Both the position numbers and the translations under genes were made by a program. DNA of 64,000 bases, from assembly GCA_963844815.1 (NCBI GenBank), contig CAWJPR010000009.1, positions 604,899 through 668,898 of the forward strand. The letters run 5' to 3'. Positions 1-8,395 of the stretch are shown here, in pieces. A model generated the notes under the pieces. It saw only the letters and a program-made list of their open reading frames with translations, did no database searches and was not told the DNA's origin. The DNA is from an uncultured Chloroflexia bacterium (GTDB taxonomy: Bacteria; Chloroflexota; Anaerolineae; Fen-1058). The stretch's first letter is position 1. The number at the start of each line of letters is the position of its first letter.

Positions 1-456
1 TCAACAAATACAACTGCTGGCCATTATCGCCCAGCCGTTCGGCCCGCATCTTGATCTGCTGCACGCTCTCTTCGCCGGAAACATACAACACCGGCCCGTG
101 CGCCGCGGCGACCTGCGTCGCCACCTGCATCAGCAGAGTCGATTTGCCGATGCCCGGATCGCCGCTGACCAGCACGACGCAGCCCGGCACAATGCCGCCG
201 CCCAGCACCCGGCTGAATTCCTCCATCGCCAGCGGGATGCGATCGAGCCCGTCGGTCTTCACGTCGCTCAAGCGCACGGGCGCCGCGCGCGGCTGTCCCC
301 CCGCGATCGGCCGGCCTGGCCCGATCGTTCCTCGATCACCTCGACGAGGGAATTCCATTCACCACAATCGGGACAGCGCCCCATCCACTTCAGTTGGGCC
401 GAGCCGCATTGCTGACAAACGAATTGCGTGTGTGTTTTGGTCTTGGTCTTAGCCAT
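1..456 (-). CDS. radA: DNA repair protein RadA/Sms, N-terminal part (gene runs off the left edge); reading frame interrupted
   Basis: From the Met at 456 the ORF reads MAKTKTKTHTQFVCQQCGSAQLKWMGRCPDCGEWNSL (RadA zinc ribbon) and stops at 268. The expected continuation RLSDVKTDGLDRIPLAMEEFSRVLGGGIVPGCVVLVSGDPGIGKSTLLMQ (Walker A) is read from 1-290 in another minus-strand frame. The frame change lies between about 285 and 345, a region containing a C6 run at 297-302. Confidence 0.85.
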
Positions 457-1657
457 GTTCACCATCCCCTCCCAGTATAGCCCGATCCGCCCGCCGCAAC
501 AATGCGACGGTTTCAATGTGATAGGTGTGGGGGAACAGATCGATCGGCTGCGCCTCGATCAGGTCGTAACCGCCGTCGATCAGCCGCCGCACATCGCGGG
601 CCAGCGTGGCCGGATCGCAACTGACAACCACCACCCGCTCGATGGCTCGCGCGAGGACGGCTTCGATCACGCGCGGCCCGCATCCGGCGCGCGGCGGATC
701 CAGCACCGCCGCGTGAAGCGGCTCCGCCAGCTGCGCCAGCGCCTCCTCGACCCGCGCGTGACGGACTTCGACCTGATCAAAACCTGCCAGATTCACGCGG
801 AAATCGCCGACCGCGCTGGCGCTCGACTCGACGCCGATGACGCGGCCGGCGCGCGGCGCGAGAAACCGGCTGAAGAGACCTACGCCGCAGTAGGCGTCCA
901 GGATCGTCTCAGCAGGTTGCGGCTCCAGCCCGGCTAAGACCTGATCGATCAAGGTCTCAATCAGAGCGGTGTTGACCTGAAAGAAACTCTCGCCGGACAC
1001 GCGCAGCACGGCGTCCTTGATGGAAAACTCTGCCGCGCCGCTCAACCGCTCGGCGCGAAGCGTGCCAGACCGCACACTCACGCGATCGGCCTGCGCCGTG
1101 GCGCGCCGGTTCAACCTCAACCATTCGGCCAGCGGCGGCTCGACGACGTGACACTCCTCGAGCGCCACGACGCGATGACTGCGCGCGGCCTGAAAGCCGG
1201 GCCGCCCGGCGGCAGTCAGGTGAAATTGCGCGTGGTTGCGATACTGCCAGATCGCCGGGCTGGGGATGATGTCGCGCACCGGCGGATCGAGCACGCGGCC
1301 CAGGCGCTGCAGCTGCTCGCGCACGATGGCTGTCTTGTAGCGCAGCTGCGCCGCATAGTCAATGTGCTGCCACTGGCAGCCGCCGCACGCCGCCGAGTCG
1401 AAGCCAAAGTGCGGGCAGCGCGGCACTACGCGATCGGGCGAAGGCTCGATCACTTCAAGCACGCGGCCGCGCGCAAAACGCGCGCGATCGTCCTCGACGG
1501 CGATGCGCACGACTTCGCCCGGCAGGCCGCCCGTCACGAAGACCGCCTGGCCCGCATGGCGGCCCAGCGCCTCGCCGCCATAAGTCATGGAGTCGAGTCG
1601 AAGTGTGATTTCGCGAACCAGGTCAGATCGGGCGGGCATAAAATGAATTATACTCAC
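449..1657 (-). CDS. 23S rRNA (uracil-5)-methyltransferase, RumA/RlmD family (TRAM domain + 4Fe-4S Cys cluster + SAM MTase)
   Basis: 402-aa ORF with the TRAM-like N-terminus GGEALGRHAGQAVFVTGGLPGEVVRIAVE and the cluster motif CPHFGFDSAACGGCQWQH. The C-terminal MTase part reads DAYCGVGLFS...VVVVSCDPATLARD. GTG start at 1657; an ATG at 1639 (MPARSDL) is an alternative. Confidence 0.85.
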   Translation of the reverse strand: MSIIHFMPARSDLVREITLRLDSMTYGGEALGRHAGQAVFVTGGLPGEVVRIAVEDDRARFARGRVLEVIEPSPDRVVPRCPHFGFDSAACGGCQWQHIDYAAQLRYKTAIVREQLQRLGRVLDPPVRDIIPSPAIWQYRNHAQFHLTAAGRPGFQAARSHRVVALEECHVVEPPLAEWLRLNRRATAQADRVSVRSGTLRAERLSGAAEFSIKDAVLRVSGESFFQVNTALIETLIDQVLAGLEPQPAETILDAYCGVGLFSRFLAPRAGRVIGVESSASAVGDFRVNLAGFDQVEVRHARVEEALAQLAEPLHAAVLDPPRAGCGPRVIEAVLARAIERVVVVSCDPATLARDVRRLIDGGYDLIEAQPIDLFPHTYHIETVALLRRADRAILGGDGEHG

Positions 1658-1680
1658 GTTTGGTCAACGTACCGTGTTTA

Positions 1681-1689
1681 TGCTATAGT
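1681..1689 (+). promoter_or_regulatory. Extended -10-like element TGCTATAGT upstream of module 1
   Basis: TGCTATAGT ends 10 nt before the A1 ATG at 1700, with TTGGTC 18 nt upstream. Related TGCTATATT and TGCTATAAC occur before modules 2 and 3. Confidence 0.35.
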
Positions 1690-1699
1690 ATGCAGCACT

Positions 1700-2995
1700 A
1701 TGAAAAAGCGTCGACGGCCCTCGGCAGGGCGATTCATCATTATCGTCCTGTTGGTCCTGCTCACTCTCTACGGCCTTTTCATCGGTCCCTTGCGCGCGCT
1801 GACAAACGATATCGTGTTGGGCGGGCTGCTCAACCTGGCCATTGCCTTCGCCATCATGGCGGTGTTTTTCTACGTGACGCTGTGGCTGGCCGGGCCGCAC
1901 GTGCTGCCGGTGAACCCGCGTGACCGGCATGAGAATGCAGCCGCGCGCAGCCTGCTGCGCCGCTTTGCCACGGGAGGCACTGTGGCCATGGCCGTGGTGC
2001 GTGATGGCGCGGTAGAGCCCGGCCCCCACGGCGAGTCGCGCGAGCAGATCGGGGGCTACGGTGTCATCGATGTGGACAGCACCAGCGTCGTGGATCTGCA
2101 CACCGCTGTTGGCCCCAGCCGCATCAAAGGCACCGGCCTGGTCTTCCCGCACGAATCGGAGCACCTGGCTAACATCGTCGATTTGAGAGTTCAGGTCCGT
2201 TCGCAGGAATTTGAATACATGACCCGCGACGGCATTCCCCTCAAGGCGCGCCTGTCGATGCGCTTCCAGATCGATCAGGCCAACTTTAACAAGAATCTGC
2301 ACGCGCACGATCCCAAGATCCCGTTGCCCGCGCCCATCAGCTGGTCGATGCGTCCGATCGCGCGCGCCCTGGCAAATCTGCAGGTCGTCGACGGCGGCGG
2401 CCCTGTGACAAGATGGAGCGATCTCCCGCTGCTGTATGCCAACGGCATGCTGCGCCCTGTCATCTCCGAGTACCGCCTCGACGACCTGCTGTGGCCGGCG
2501 GAACCCGCGCGCGATCCACGCAAAGAAATCCGCGAACAGATCTCCGCCCGGCTGAAGCCGGTCTTAATGCAGCAAGGCGTCAAGATGCTCGGCCTCGGCA
2601 TCGGCCTGTTCCTGCCACAGGGCTTTGACGCCGACAAAGCTTTCGATCCAGAGAAGCCAGTGCTGGACGATGTCACGGCCCAGCGCATCAAGGCCTGGAG
2701 GGCCGAGTGGGAAAGCCGCCGATTCAAGCTGAACGCCGGGGCGCAGGCCGAGGCCGATCGGCAACTCGAAAGCGCTCGATCGCTGGCTCGCTTAGAGAGT
2801 CTCCGGAGTTTAATACAGGCTCTGGAGGAAGATCTGCCGCCAAGCGGCAATCAAGATCAAATAACTCAGCAGTTTTGGGAAATCGTTAGAAACATGACGG
2901 ACCTTTCCGACACACGCACCTTGCTGGAAGAAGAAAGGTTGCGCTCTCTCACAAAGTCGCAACAGGCGGGCGAGCTGCCGCCATCGTCTGGTTGA
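1700..2995 (+). CDS. Module 1 gene A1: membrane-anchored SPFH/band-7-like protein with C-terminal coiled coil
   Basis: ATG at 1700 (MKKRRRPSAGRFIIIVLLVLLTLYGLF) followed by two hydrophobic helices. SPFH-like core: GVIDVDSTSVVDLHTAVGPSRIKGTGLVF...IVDLRVQVRSQEFEYMTRDGIPLKARLSMRFQI. The tail is Ala/Glu/Arg-rich and helical. The upstream part of track ORF 1148-2995 is antisense to rumA and was discarded. Confidence 0.7.
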   Translation: MKKRRRPSAGRFIIIVLLVLLTLYGLFIGPLRALTNDIVLGGLLNLAIAFAIMAVFFYVTLWLAGPHVLPVNPRDRHENAAARSLLRRFATGGTVAMAVVRDGAVEPGPHGESREQIGGYGVIDVDSTSVVDLHTAVGPSRIKGTGLVFPHESEHLANIVDLRVQVRSQEFEYMTRDGIPLKARLSMRFQIDQANFNKNLHAHDPKIPLPAPISWSMRPIARALANLQVVDGGGPVTRWSDLPLLYANGMLRPVISEYRLDDLLWPAEPARDPRKEIREQISARLKPVLMQQGVKMLGLGIGLFLPQGFDADKAFDPEKPVLDDVTAQRIKAWRAEWESRRFKLNAGAQAEADRQLESARSLARLESLRSLIQALEEDLPPSGNQDQITQQFWEIVRNMTDLSDTRTLLEEERLRSLTKSQQAGELPPSSG

Positions 2996-4860
2996 TTAAG
3001 CCGTCTCTTATGGACTTTCATCCGCGCTTAAAAGATCTGATCTCAACACTGGCCTACTCGCTGAGCCACGACGAGCAAGTGCGCGCTATGGGCCGGCTGC
3101 TCCTCGTCGTGACGGCCGTCATCGCCATCGGATTCGCCGGCGGCCTGATCGTGCAGGGCATCACGCCGCCTTCCGAACGCTACGTGGAACGCGAACCGGG
3201 CAAGGAGTGCATTTATAACGCCGCTTCAGCTGAAGCCGGGGCTCTCGCGGCGCAACCGGAAGGCGGCCAGCCTCCCTCGCCCGCGCTAAATATCATGGCG
3301 CCGCCGGGCGCCGAGGTTTTCGCGCAGTGGTTCATTCGCAATACCAGCACGTGCGCCTGGGACGCGGCCGTGCAGTTCCGCTTGATTGATGATGCCCGGG
3401 TGCAGGTGTTGACCGATACGCTGTCCGTCCCGCCGTATCAGATTCCCAATAACACTCTGCCCAGCATCTCCCCTGACGGCGTCCTGGCGCCGGTCGTGCC
3501 GATGATCGCGCCGTCCAGCCCCGGTTCCTATGTGACCCGGTGGCGCCTGTTCGCGTCCGATGGCGTTCACTGGTTCGGCCCGGAATTCACCTTCACCATC
3601 GACGTCGCCACCGGCATTGAAGGGGTCGTGCCCGCCGGCCGCAAGCTGCTTTTCGATTGGTGGTTCGTCATTCCCGCCCTGATCGGCATCGTCATCGCGC
3701 TGATTCGCGCCGGCGCCTTTGTGGCGCAGATGTACAGTCTCAAGTCACTCTGGCATGGCTTTACTTTTGCAGTGAATACGACGCTGGGTCTCGCGCTGAG
3801 CAGTGGATCAATTGCCGTGCGTCACGGTGATTACGAAGGCCAGATTACGGACGATCACGAAGTCCTGTTGAAGATCGGCGGACCGGGCGTGCTGTCGATC
3901 AAAGATCACACCGCCGTCCTGACCGAACGCGGCGCGCGTTACTCGCGCGTGCTCGGCCCGGAAGATCACACCCTGATGCCGTTTGAGCGCATTCGCGCCA
4001 TCACCGATCTGCGCACACAGAGTTTTGAAAGTGTGGAAACGAGCGTGACCAGGGACGGCATTCCCGTGCGCGCCAAGGTGGGCGCCATGTTCAGATTCAT
4101 GAAGCGCATGCCGGATGAGCCGGCTTCCTCCCCGCAGCATCCGCGCTTCCTGAGCGTTTTGAGCCACTATGTGAGGCGCACGCCGCCCGGCTCGGTGACG
4201 GAGCCGCCCGTTTCACCGGAAGCGCTGCGCATGGCGTGCTATGAAGTGCCCCGCCCTCTCAGTCCCCTCACCTGGCATCAAGCGGCTTTCGGCGCGGCGA
4301 AAGGCGAAGTAGCCGAAGAACTGAGCCGCCGCACGCTCGACGAGGTATTCGCGCCTGACGATCCCAGCCGCAGCCCGCGCCGCGAGATTGCCGCCCAGCT
4401 CGACAGTGCCGGCCGGGCAGCACTTGCCGCGCGCGGCATCGAGCTGGTCGACAGCACCTTTGGCAATCTGCAGCTGCCGCGCGAAGTGACGGCGCAGCGC
4501 ACCAGCATGTGGCAGGCCGGTTTGGAAAATGAATCGACTATTTCCCGCGCAACCAGCGAAGCGGACAGCCTGCTGCAAATTCAGACGGTGTACGCAGAAG
4601 CGCATGCCGATGTCATCAAAGCCATTGCACAGGCGGCCCGCATGATGGACGAAAATAACTACCTTTCACAACCCGTCATCAAAGCTCTGGCCCATGTCAT
4701 TGAGCGCACTTTGCAGCGCGAGGCGGCGCTGCCTTTGTTATCGGTTGACACACGCAAAGAAGTAGAGCAGTCATTAGAGCAGTTGCGCCAGTCCATGCTA
4801 TCGTCGGGAAGTCAGGCCAATGGTGTCGTTGAGTATTCCGCGCCTGTTACGCTTGATTGA
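2992..4860 (+). CDS. Module 1 gene A2: TM protein with NBR1-like Ig ectodomain fused to a second SPFH-like domain
   Basis: TTG start overlaps the A1 stop (TTGA); an ATG at 3010 is an alternative. TM helix LLLVVTAVIAIGFAGGLIV. NBR1-type pattern FAQWFIRNTSTCAWDAAVQFRL...SSPGSYVTRWRLFASDGVHWFGPEFTFTIDV. Further TM helices (WWFVIPALIGIVIALIRAGAFVA). SPFH-like core LLKIGGPGVLSIKDHTAVLTERGARYSRVLGPEDHTLMPFERIRAITDLRTQSFESVETSVTRDGIPVRAKVGAMFRF. Confidence 0.7.
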   Translation: MIKPSLMDFHPRLKDLISTLAYSLSHDEQVRAMGRLLLVVTAVIAIGFAGGLIVQGITPPSERYVEREPGKECIYNAASAEAGALAAQPEGGQPPSPALNIMAPPGAEVFAQWFIRNTSTCAWDAAVQFRLIDDARVQVLTDTLSVPPYQIPNNTLPSISPDGVLAPVVPMIAPSSPGSYVTRWRLFASDGVHWFGPEFTFTIDVATGIEGVVPAGRKLLFDWWFVIPALIGIVIALIRAGAFVAQMYSLKSLWHGFTFAVNTTLGLALSSGSIAVRHGDYEGQITDDHEVLLKIGGPGVLSIKDHTAVLTERGARYSRVLGPEDHTLMPFERIRAITDLRTQSFESVETSVTRDGIPVRAKVGAMFRFMKRMPDEPASSPQHPRFLSVLSHYVRRTPPGSVTEPPVSPEALRMACYEVPRPLSPLTWHQAAFGAAKGEVAEELSRRTLDEVFAPDDPSRSPRREIAAQLDSAGRAALAARGIELVDSTFGNLQLPREVTAQRTSMWQAGLENESTISRATSEADSLLQIQTVYAEAHADVIKAIAQAARMMDENNYLSQPVIKALAHVIERTLQREAALPLLSVDTRKEVEQSLEQLRQSMLSSGSQANGVVEYSAPVTLD

Positions 4861-5962
4861 TACCAGCCGTGTTGACTCAGAAATCATCGCGCGTTGTAGA
4901 GAGTCACTCCACTGGCTGCGCCGCGGCGATACGTATAAAGCTCTGGATTTGGCCCAGACTTCCGTGCGCCTCGCCGCGCGCCTGCAGAGCATTGATAAGC
5001 GTGACATTACGGATGAATCTTTGCGCCGCACTTCGACCGGCGTCGCACTACTCTTCCTGGCCTACTTGCGCCACCTCTCCAATGAACCCTTCGAGCGCAC
5101 TCGCGCACTGCTGACCGGTCAGACGGCATTGACCTGGCTGGCGCGCGACGATTACCATTATGCGCTGGCCGCGTTGGTGCTGGCCAATATCGCGTGGGAA
5201 GAAGACCAGTTTGAGGCGGCTTCTGCTAAATTTCAAGCGGCTCTGCCGCGTCTCGACAAGCTCATCGCTTTATGGCGCCGCAAAAACGATCAACTGACCG
5301 CCGACCGATACCTCCATCTCCGGCAATCCGTCCAACAGGCCATGCGCCGTGTGCCGCTGGCGGAGCGGTCGGCCGCGCCATCTTTGCCGCCGGCCCTTGA
5401 AGAAAGCGCCGAGCGTGACTGGCTTGCTCAGATCAAGCTGCCCGCCGAGCTCGTCTGGACCAACATCGATCTGGCCGGCCTGCAGCTGCTGCCGGCGCGC
5501 AGCGCCGAGCGCAACGTGACCATCCTGTCCGAACACGTCAAGATGCTGCCGGACAAGCTGGACTATCTTGAGATTGAACGGCTTTCAATCGGGGGGCAGG
5601 ATTATCAGATTCTGGCTCCTCCGCCGGCGCAGGGCAAGTTCCGAATGCAGACGAGCCAGCCTTATTACGCCTTTCAGTTCGCGGCGCGCGGGCAACCGCA
5701 GCCGGGCCAGCCTCAATTTGTGCTGGTTCGCCCGCACGATCGAGAGCTGCCGGCCGAGTGGCCGATCGTGATTCTGATCCCCGCCGAGCAGCGCGCGCTG
5801 CTGGTGCGCAGCCAGCCGCCGGCTTCGCCATTAATCATTGGCGAACGGGTATGGTCTATTCAAGACGGCACAGAGGCCAAAACTTACAGTGAAGACGATG
5901 TGCAGATTGCCGGCGCGGTCGTCGCCCTGTTGGCGCCGTTGGAATCATCAGCAACCGAGTGA
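4820..5962 (+). CDS. Module 1 gene A3: cytoplasmic protein with helical (TPR-like) N-half, Pro-rich linker and conserved beta-rich C-domain
   Basis: 380-aa ORF overlapping the A2 end by 41 nt. The N-terminus LSIPRLLRLIDTSRV aligns with B3 FSIPDLLSLLQVDRQ. The C-domain (IERLSIGGQDYQILAPP...FVLVRPHDRE...LIIGERVWSI...VQIAGAVVALL) is shared with 9599-10729 and occurs twice in 12539-14017. Confidence 0.55.
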   Translation: MVSLSIPRLLRLIDTSRVDSEIIARCRESLHWLRRGDTYKALDLAQTSVRLAARLQSIDKRDITDESLRRTSTGVALLFLAYLRHLSNEPFERTRALLTGQTALTWLARDDYHYALAALVLANIAWEEDQFEAASAKFQAALPRLDKLIALWRRKNDQLTADRYLHLRQSVQQAMRRVPLAERSAAPSLPPALEESAERDWLAQIKLPAELVWTNIDLAGLQLLPARSAERNVTILSEHVKMLPDKLDYLEIERLSIGGQDYQILAPPPAQGKFRMQTSQPYYAFQFAARGQPQPGQPQFVLVRPHDRELPAEWPIVILIPAEQRALLVRSQPPASPLIIGERVWSIQDGTEAKTYSEDDVQIAGAVVALLAPLESSATE

Positions 5963-5997
5963 AGGTTGTTGAGACTTACCTGCTGCTCCCCCTGAGA

Positions 5998-6351
5998 TCA
6001 CGCTGAACTTTCGCCGTGACCTGATGGCGCATGTTTTTCAGCGCCATCTCGCGCCGGGCGATCGTGCGCTACGTAGTCGATATGCTGCCACTGGCATCCG
6101 CCACACGCAGGAGAGTCGAAGCCAAAGAGCGGGCAGCGCGGCTTGATCTGATCGGGCGACGGTTCGATCACTTCAACCGTGCGCCCACGAGCAAAGCGTG
6201 TTTGATTCTCCTCAACGACGATACGCACGAGCTCACCCGGCAAGCCGCTCCCCTCGAAGATCGCCTTACCCTCGTGGCGGCCCAGTGCCTCGCTGCCAAA
6301 GGTCATGGCCTCCACACGAAGATTGCGCTCCGTGGCAGGAGACGGGAGCAC
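5998..6351 (-). pseudogene. Truncated duplicate of the rumA 5' end (TRAM domain and Cys cluster only)
   Basis: RVEAMTFGSEALGRHEGKAIFEGSGLPGELVRIVVEENQTRFARGRTVEVIEPSPDQIKPRCPLFGFDSPACGGCQWQHIDYVA aligns with RumA residues from 449-1657. By hand count 59 of 84 residues are identical. Homology stops near 6055 and the MTase domain is absent. Confidence 0.8.
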
Positions 6352-6448
6352 AGCAGGAAGGGGATTCCTCAGGCTTTGATTTACAATCTTCGTGGAATTC
6401 GGCAGGGATATAGGGTATTTTCGTCAGTAGATCAATGCTTCACCTTTA

Positions 6449-6457
6449 TGCTATATT
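6449..6457 (+). promoter_or_regulatory. Extended -10-like element TGCTATATT upstream of module 2
   Basis: Context cctttaTGCTATATTggtag is similar to gtgtttaTGCTATAGTatgc before module 1. It lies 39 nt upstream of the B1 ATG. Confidence 0.35.
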
Positions 6458-6495
6458 GGTAGTCACATTCTGCTGTTTTCGCGACATCTCTCCGC

Positions 6496-7779
6496 ATGAA
6501 AAAGACCTCACGTCCGCGACCTTCTACCCGATACCTCGGTCTGGCCATTGGGTTTATCATGGTCGTGCTGTCTGCCTGTGCCGTCTGGAATACCAGCTCT
6601 TTTGATTTATGGTGGACGTTGGGCACGTTCGCTGCTGCAGGCCTGATAACCTTTGCCGTCATTGCGCCTAAACTGCTGCCGATCGAGGATGCGGCAGCAG
6701 AGCACCCCGAGGCTTATCGTGTGTTCGGAAGCTCATCCTTGGGCAGGATTCGTTCATCGCACTGGTCCGTGACGGCCAGGTTGTGGCACACTCGAAACCG
6801 AATTCGAATCGGGGCGTCATCGTCACGGACAGCACCAGTGTTGTCGCGCTGCGCACTAGCACGGGCATTTCGCGTGTGGCGGGCGCTCACCTTGACGAAC
6901 AGGGCCAATCTCGTTCGGGTGTCATTTTTACCCTGCCAGAGGAAGAGATCGACGCGGTCATCGATCTGCGGCCACAGTTGCGCCGCAAGCCGACAACTGC
7001 CCAGACTCGCGACGGCATTACGGTCGAGGTAGTGATAGCCGCCGTCTTTGCACCGAAATACACACGGGCACGCAAGCTAAATGAGTTACATCAGTTGAAA
7101 CATCGACCACGTACGCAGATGCGCTACCCATCCCCGTTTTCCTGGCGTCGCGCAAGTATTATCCAGGCCCTCAGCACACGCCGTGTCGAACTCGATGGTG
7201 AACATGCCAAGAAGACTGATTGGTATGAGCGGATCATGGAGATTGCCGCTCCGCGGCTTAGAGATCTCATCAGCGAATACACCGTGGACGAATTAACGGC
7301 GTGGACGACTACGGACAAGTTCCTCAAGCATCCACGCTTCGTCATTCGTGATGAACTGGTCAAGCTCGTAAGGCGGGAACTAGATGCTGATGATGCGACG
7401 CACCACCCTACAGGCATCGACGTCCGCGCTATGTCACTCGACTCTCCGAAACCGCCGGATGGCGTCATCGAACGTCGCATTCAAGCATGGACGGAGGAGT
7501 GGCACAAGAAGGAATCTGACATCTTCGCGCGAGCCGACGCCGAAGCGATCCGCACGCGCGAACTGGCGCGCGCCCAGGTTCAAGGCGAGATGACCGCGCG
7601 CATCAACGATATTTTACAGGAAGCTCGAGTCCTCCAATGCCGCCCGAGGTGATTTGGTCATGCTGCGCTTTTTGGAAGCCCTAGAAAAGATGTCCAAAGA
7701 TCCTACGACGCGAACGCTCTTGACCTTTGATGCATTGAAGATGCTGAAGCGACTGCGCGAGCTACTGACGAGCAATTAG
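6496..7779 (+). CDS. Module 2 gene B1: SPFH-like membrane protein (paralogue of A1), read in three frames
   Basis: The TM N-terminus (6496 frame, LGLAIGFIMVVLSACAV...) switches near 6715-6735 to the 6783 frame. That frame reads FIALVRDGQVVAH..GVIVTDSTSVVALRTSTGISRV...VIDLRPQLRRKPTTAQTRDGITVEVV. It switches again near 7615-7650 to a frame ending LRFLEALEKMSKDPTTRTLLTFDALKMLKRLRELLTSN with a stop at 7777-7779. Each segment aligns with A1. Confidence 0.65.
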
Positions 7780-7791
7780 TCAGGAGCATGA

Positions 7792-8373
7792 ATGAGCAAG
7801 AGCGATAACACGTCGCCCAAACAGCCCGCCGGCACATTGCACGATTGGGCCAGGCATAATCCGCACCAGATAGGTTTTCTGCGGCTGGTGTTGTTCGCTG
7901 CCGGACTGGCGGCAGCGGGCATACTCGGTGCCATGTGGGCTAATCCAGCACCGCCAGAAGTTTATAATGAGACAGAGCAATGTACCTATGCCGCCGCTAG
8001 ATATGATCCACCGGCCGAGGCGTTGTATGCCGTGGTGAGTCAGACATTTCGAATCGACTGGACGATCCAGAACATCGGTTCCTGCCATGTGTGGGGTAAA
8101 GATATTCTATTCGTCCGCCGCAACGACGATATCCTTGGCCAAACAAATGCTTACCCGGCTCCTTCGCAACCAATCATCACGACCGGCGATAATCCCACAC
8201 CGATCATCGTGGCCTACGTGACGACGGTGATGACTGCGCCGCCGACCAGCGGTGTGTACGTGACCGAGTGGTACATGCGCGCCCCGAATGGCAGGCGCTT
8301 TGGCCCGATCATGCAGCAGCGAGTGCAGGTCGTGGAAGCCAACGCGCCCATCCCGCCAGCCTATTCCCAATGA
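7792..8373 (+). CDS. Module 2 gene B2a: TM + NBR1-like Ig ectodomain (N-terminal half of an A2-type protein)
   Basis: AGGAG RBS at 7782-7786. TM helix FLRLVLFAAGLAAAGILGAMW. NBR1-type pattern FRIDWTIQNIGSCHVWGKDILF...SGVYVTEWYMRAPNGRRFGPIM. The ORF ends where A2 continues uninterrupted into its TM/SPFH half. Confidence 0.65.
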   Translation: MSKSDNTSPKQPAGTLHDWARHNPHQIGFLRLVLFAAGLAAAGILGAMWANPAPPEVYNETEQCTYAAARYDPPAEALYAVVSQTFRIDWTIQNIGSCHVWGKDILFVRRNDDILGQTNAYPAPSQPIITTGDNPTPIIVAYVTTVMTAPPTSGVYVTEWYMRAPNGRRFGPIMQQRVQVVEANAPIPPAYSQ

Positions 8374-8395
8374 ACCACCTACTTCGCCAGGCACG

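Noticed and set aside
1148-1699. N-terminal 184-codon extension of the 615-aa ORF containing A1.
   Set aside because: It is entirely antisense to rumA with Arg/Ala-rich composition. The ATG at 1700, followed by a basic N-terminus and a TM helix, matches the paralogue starting at 6496.
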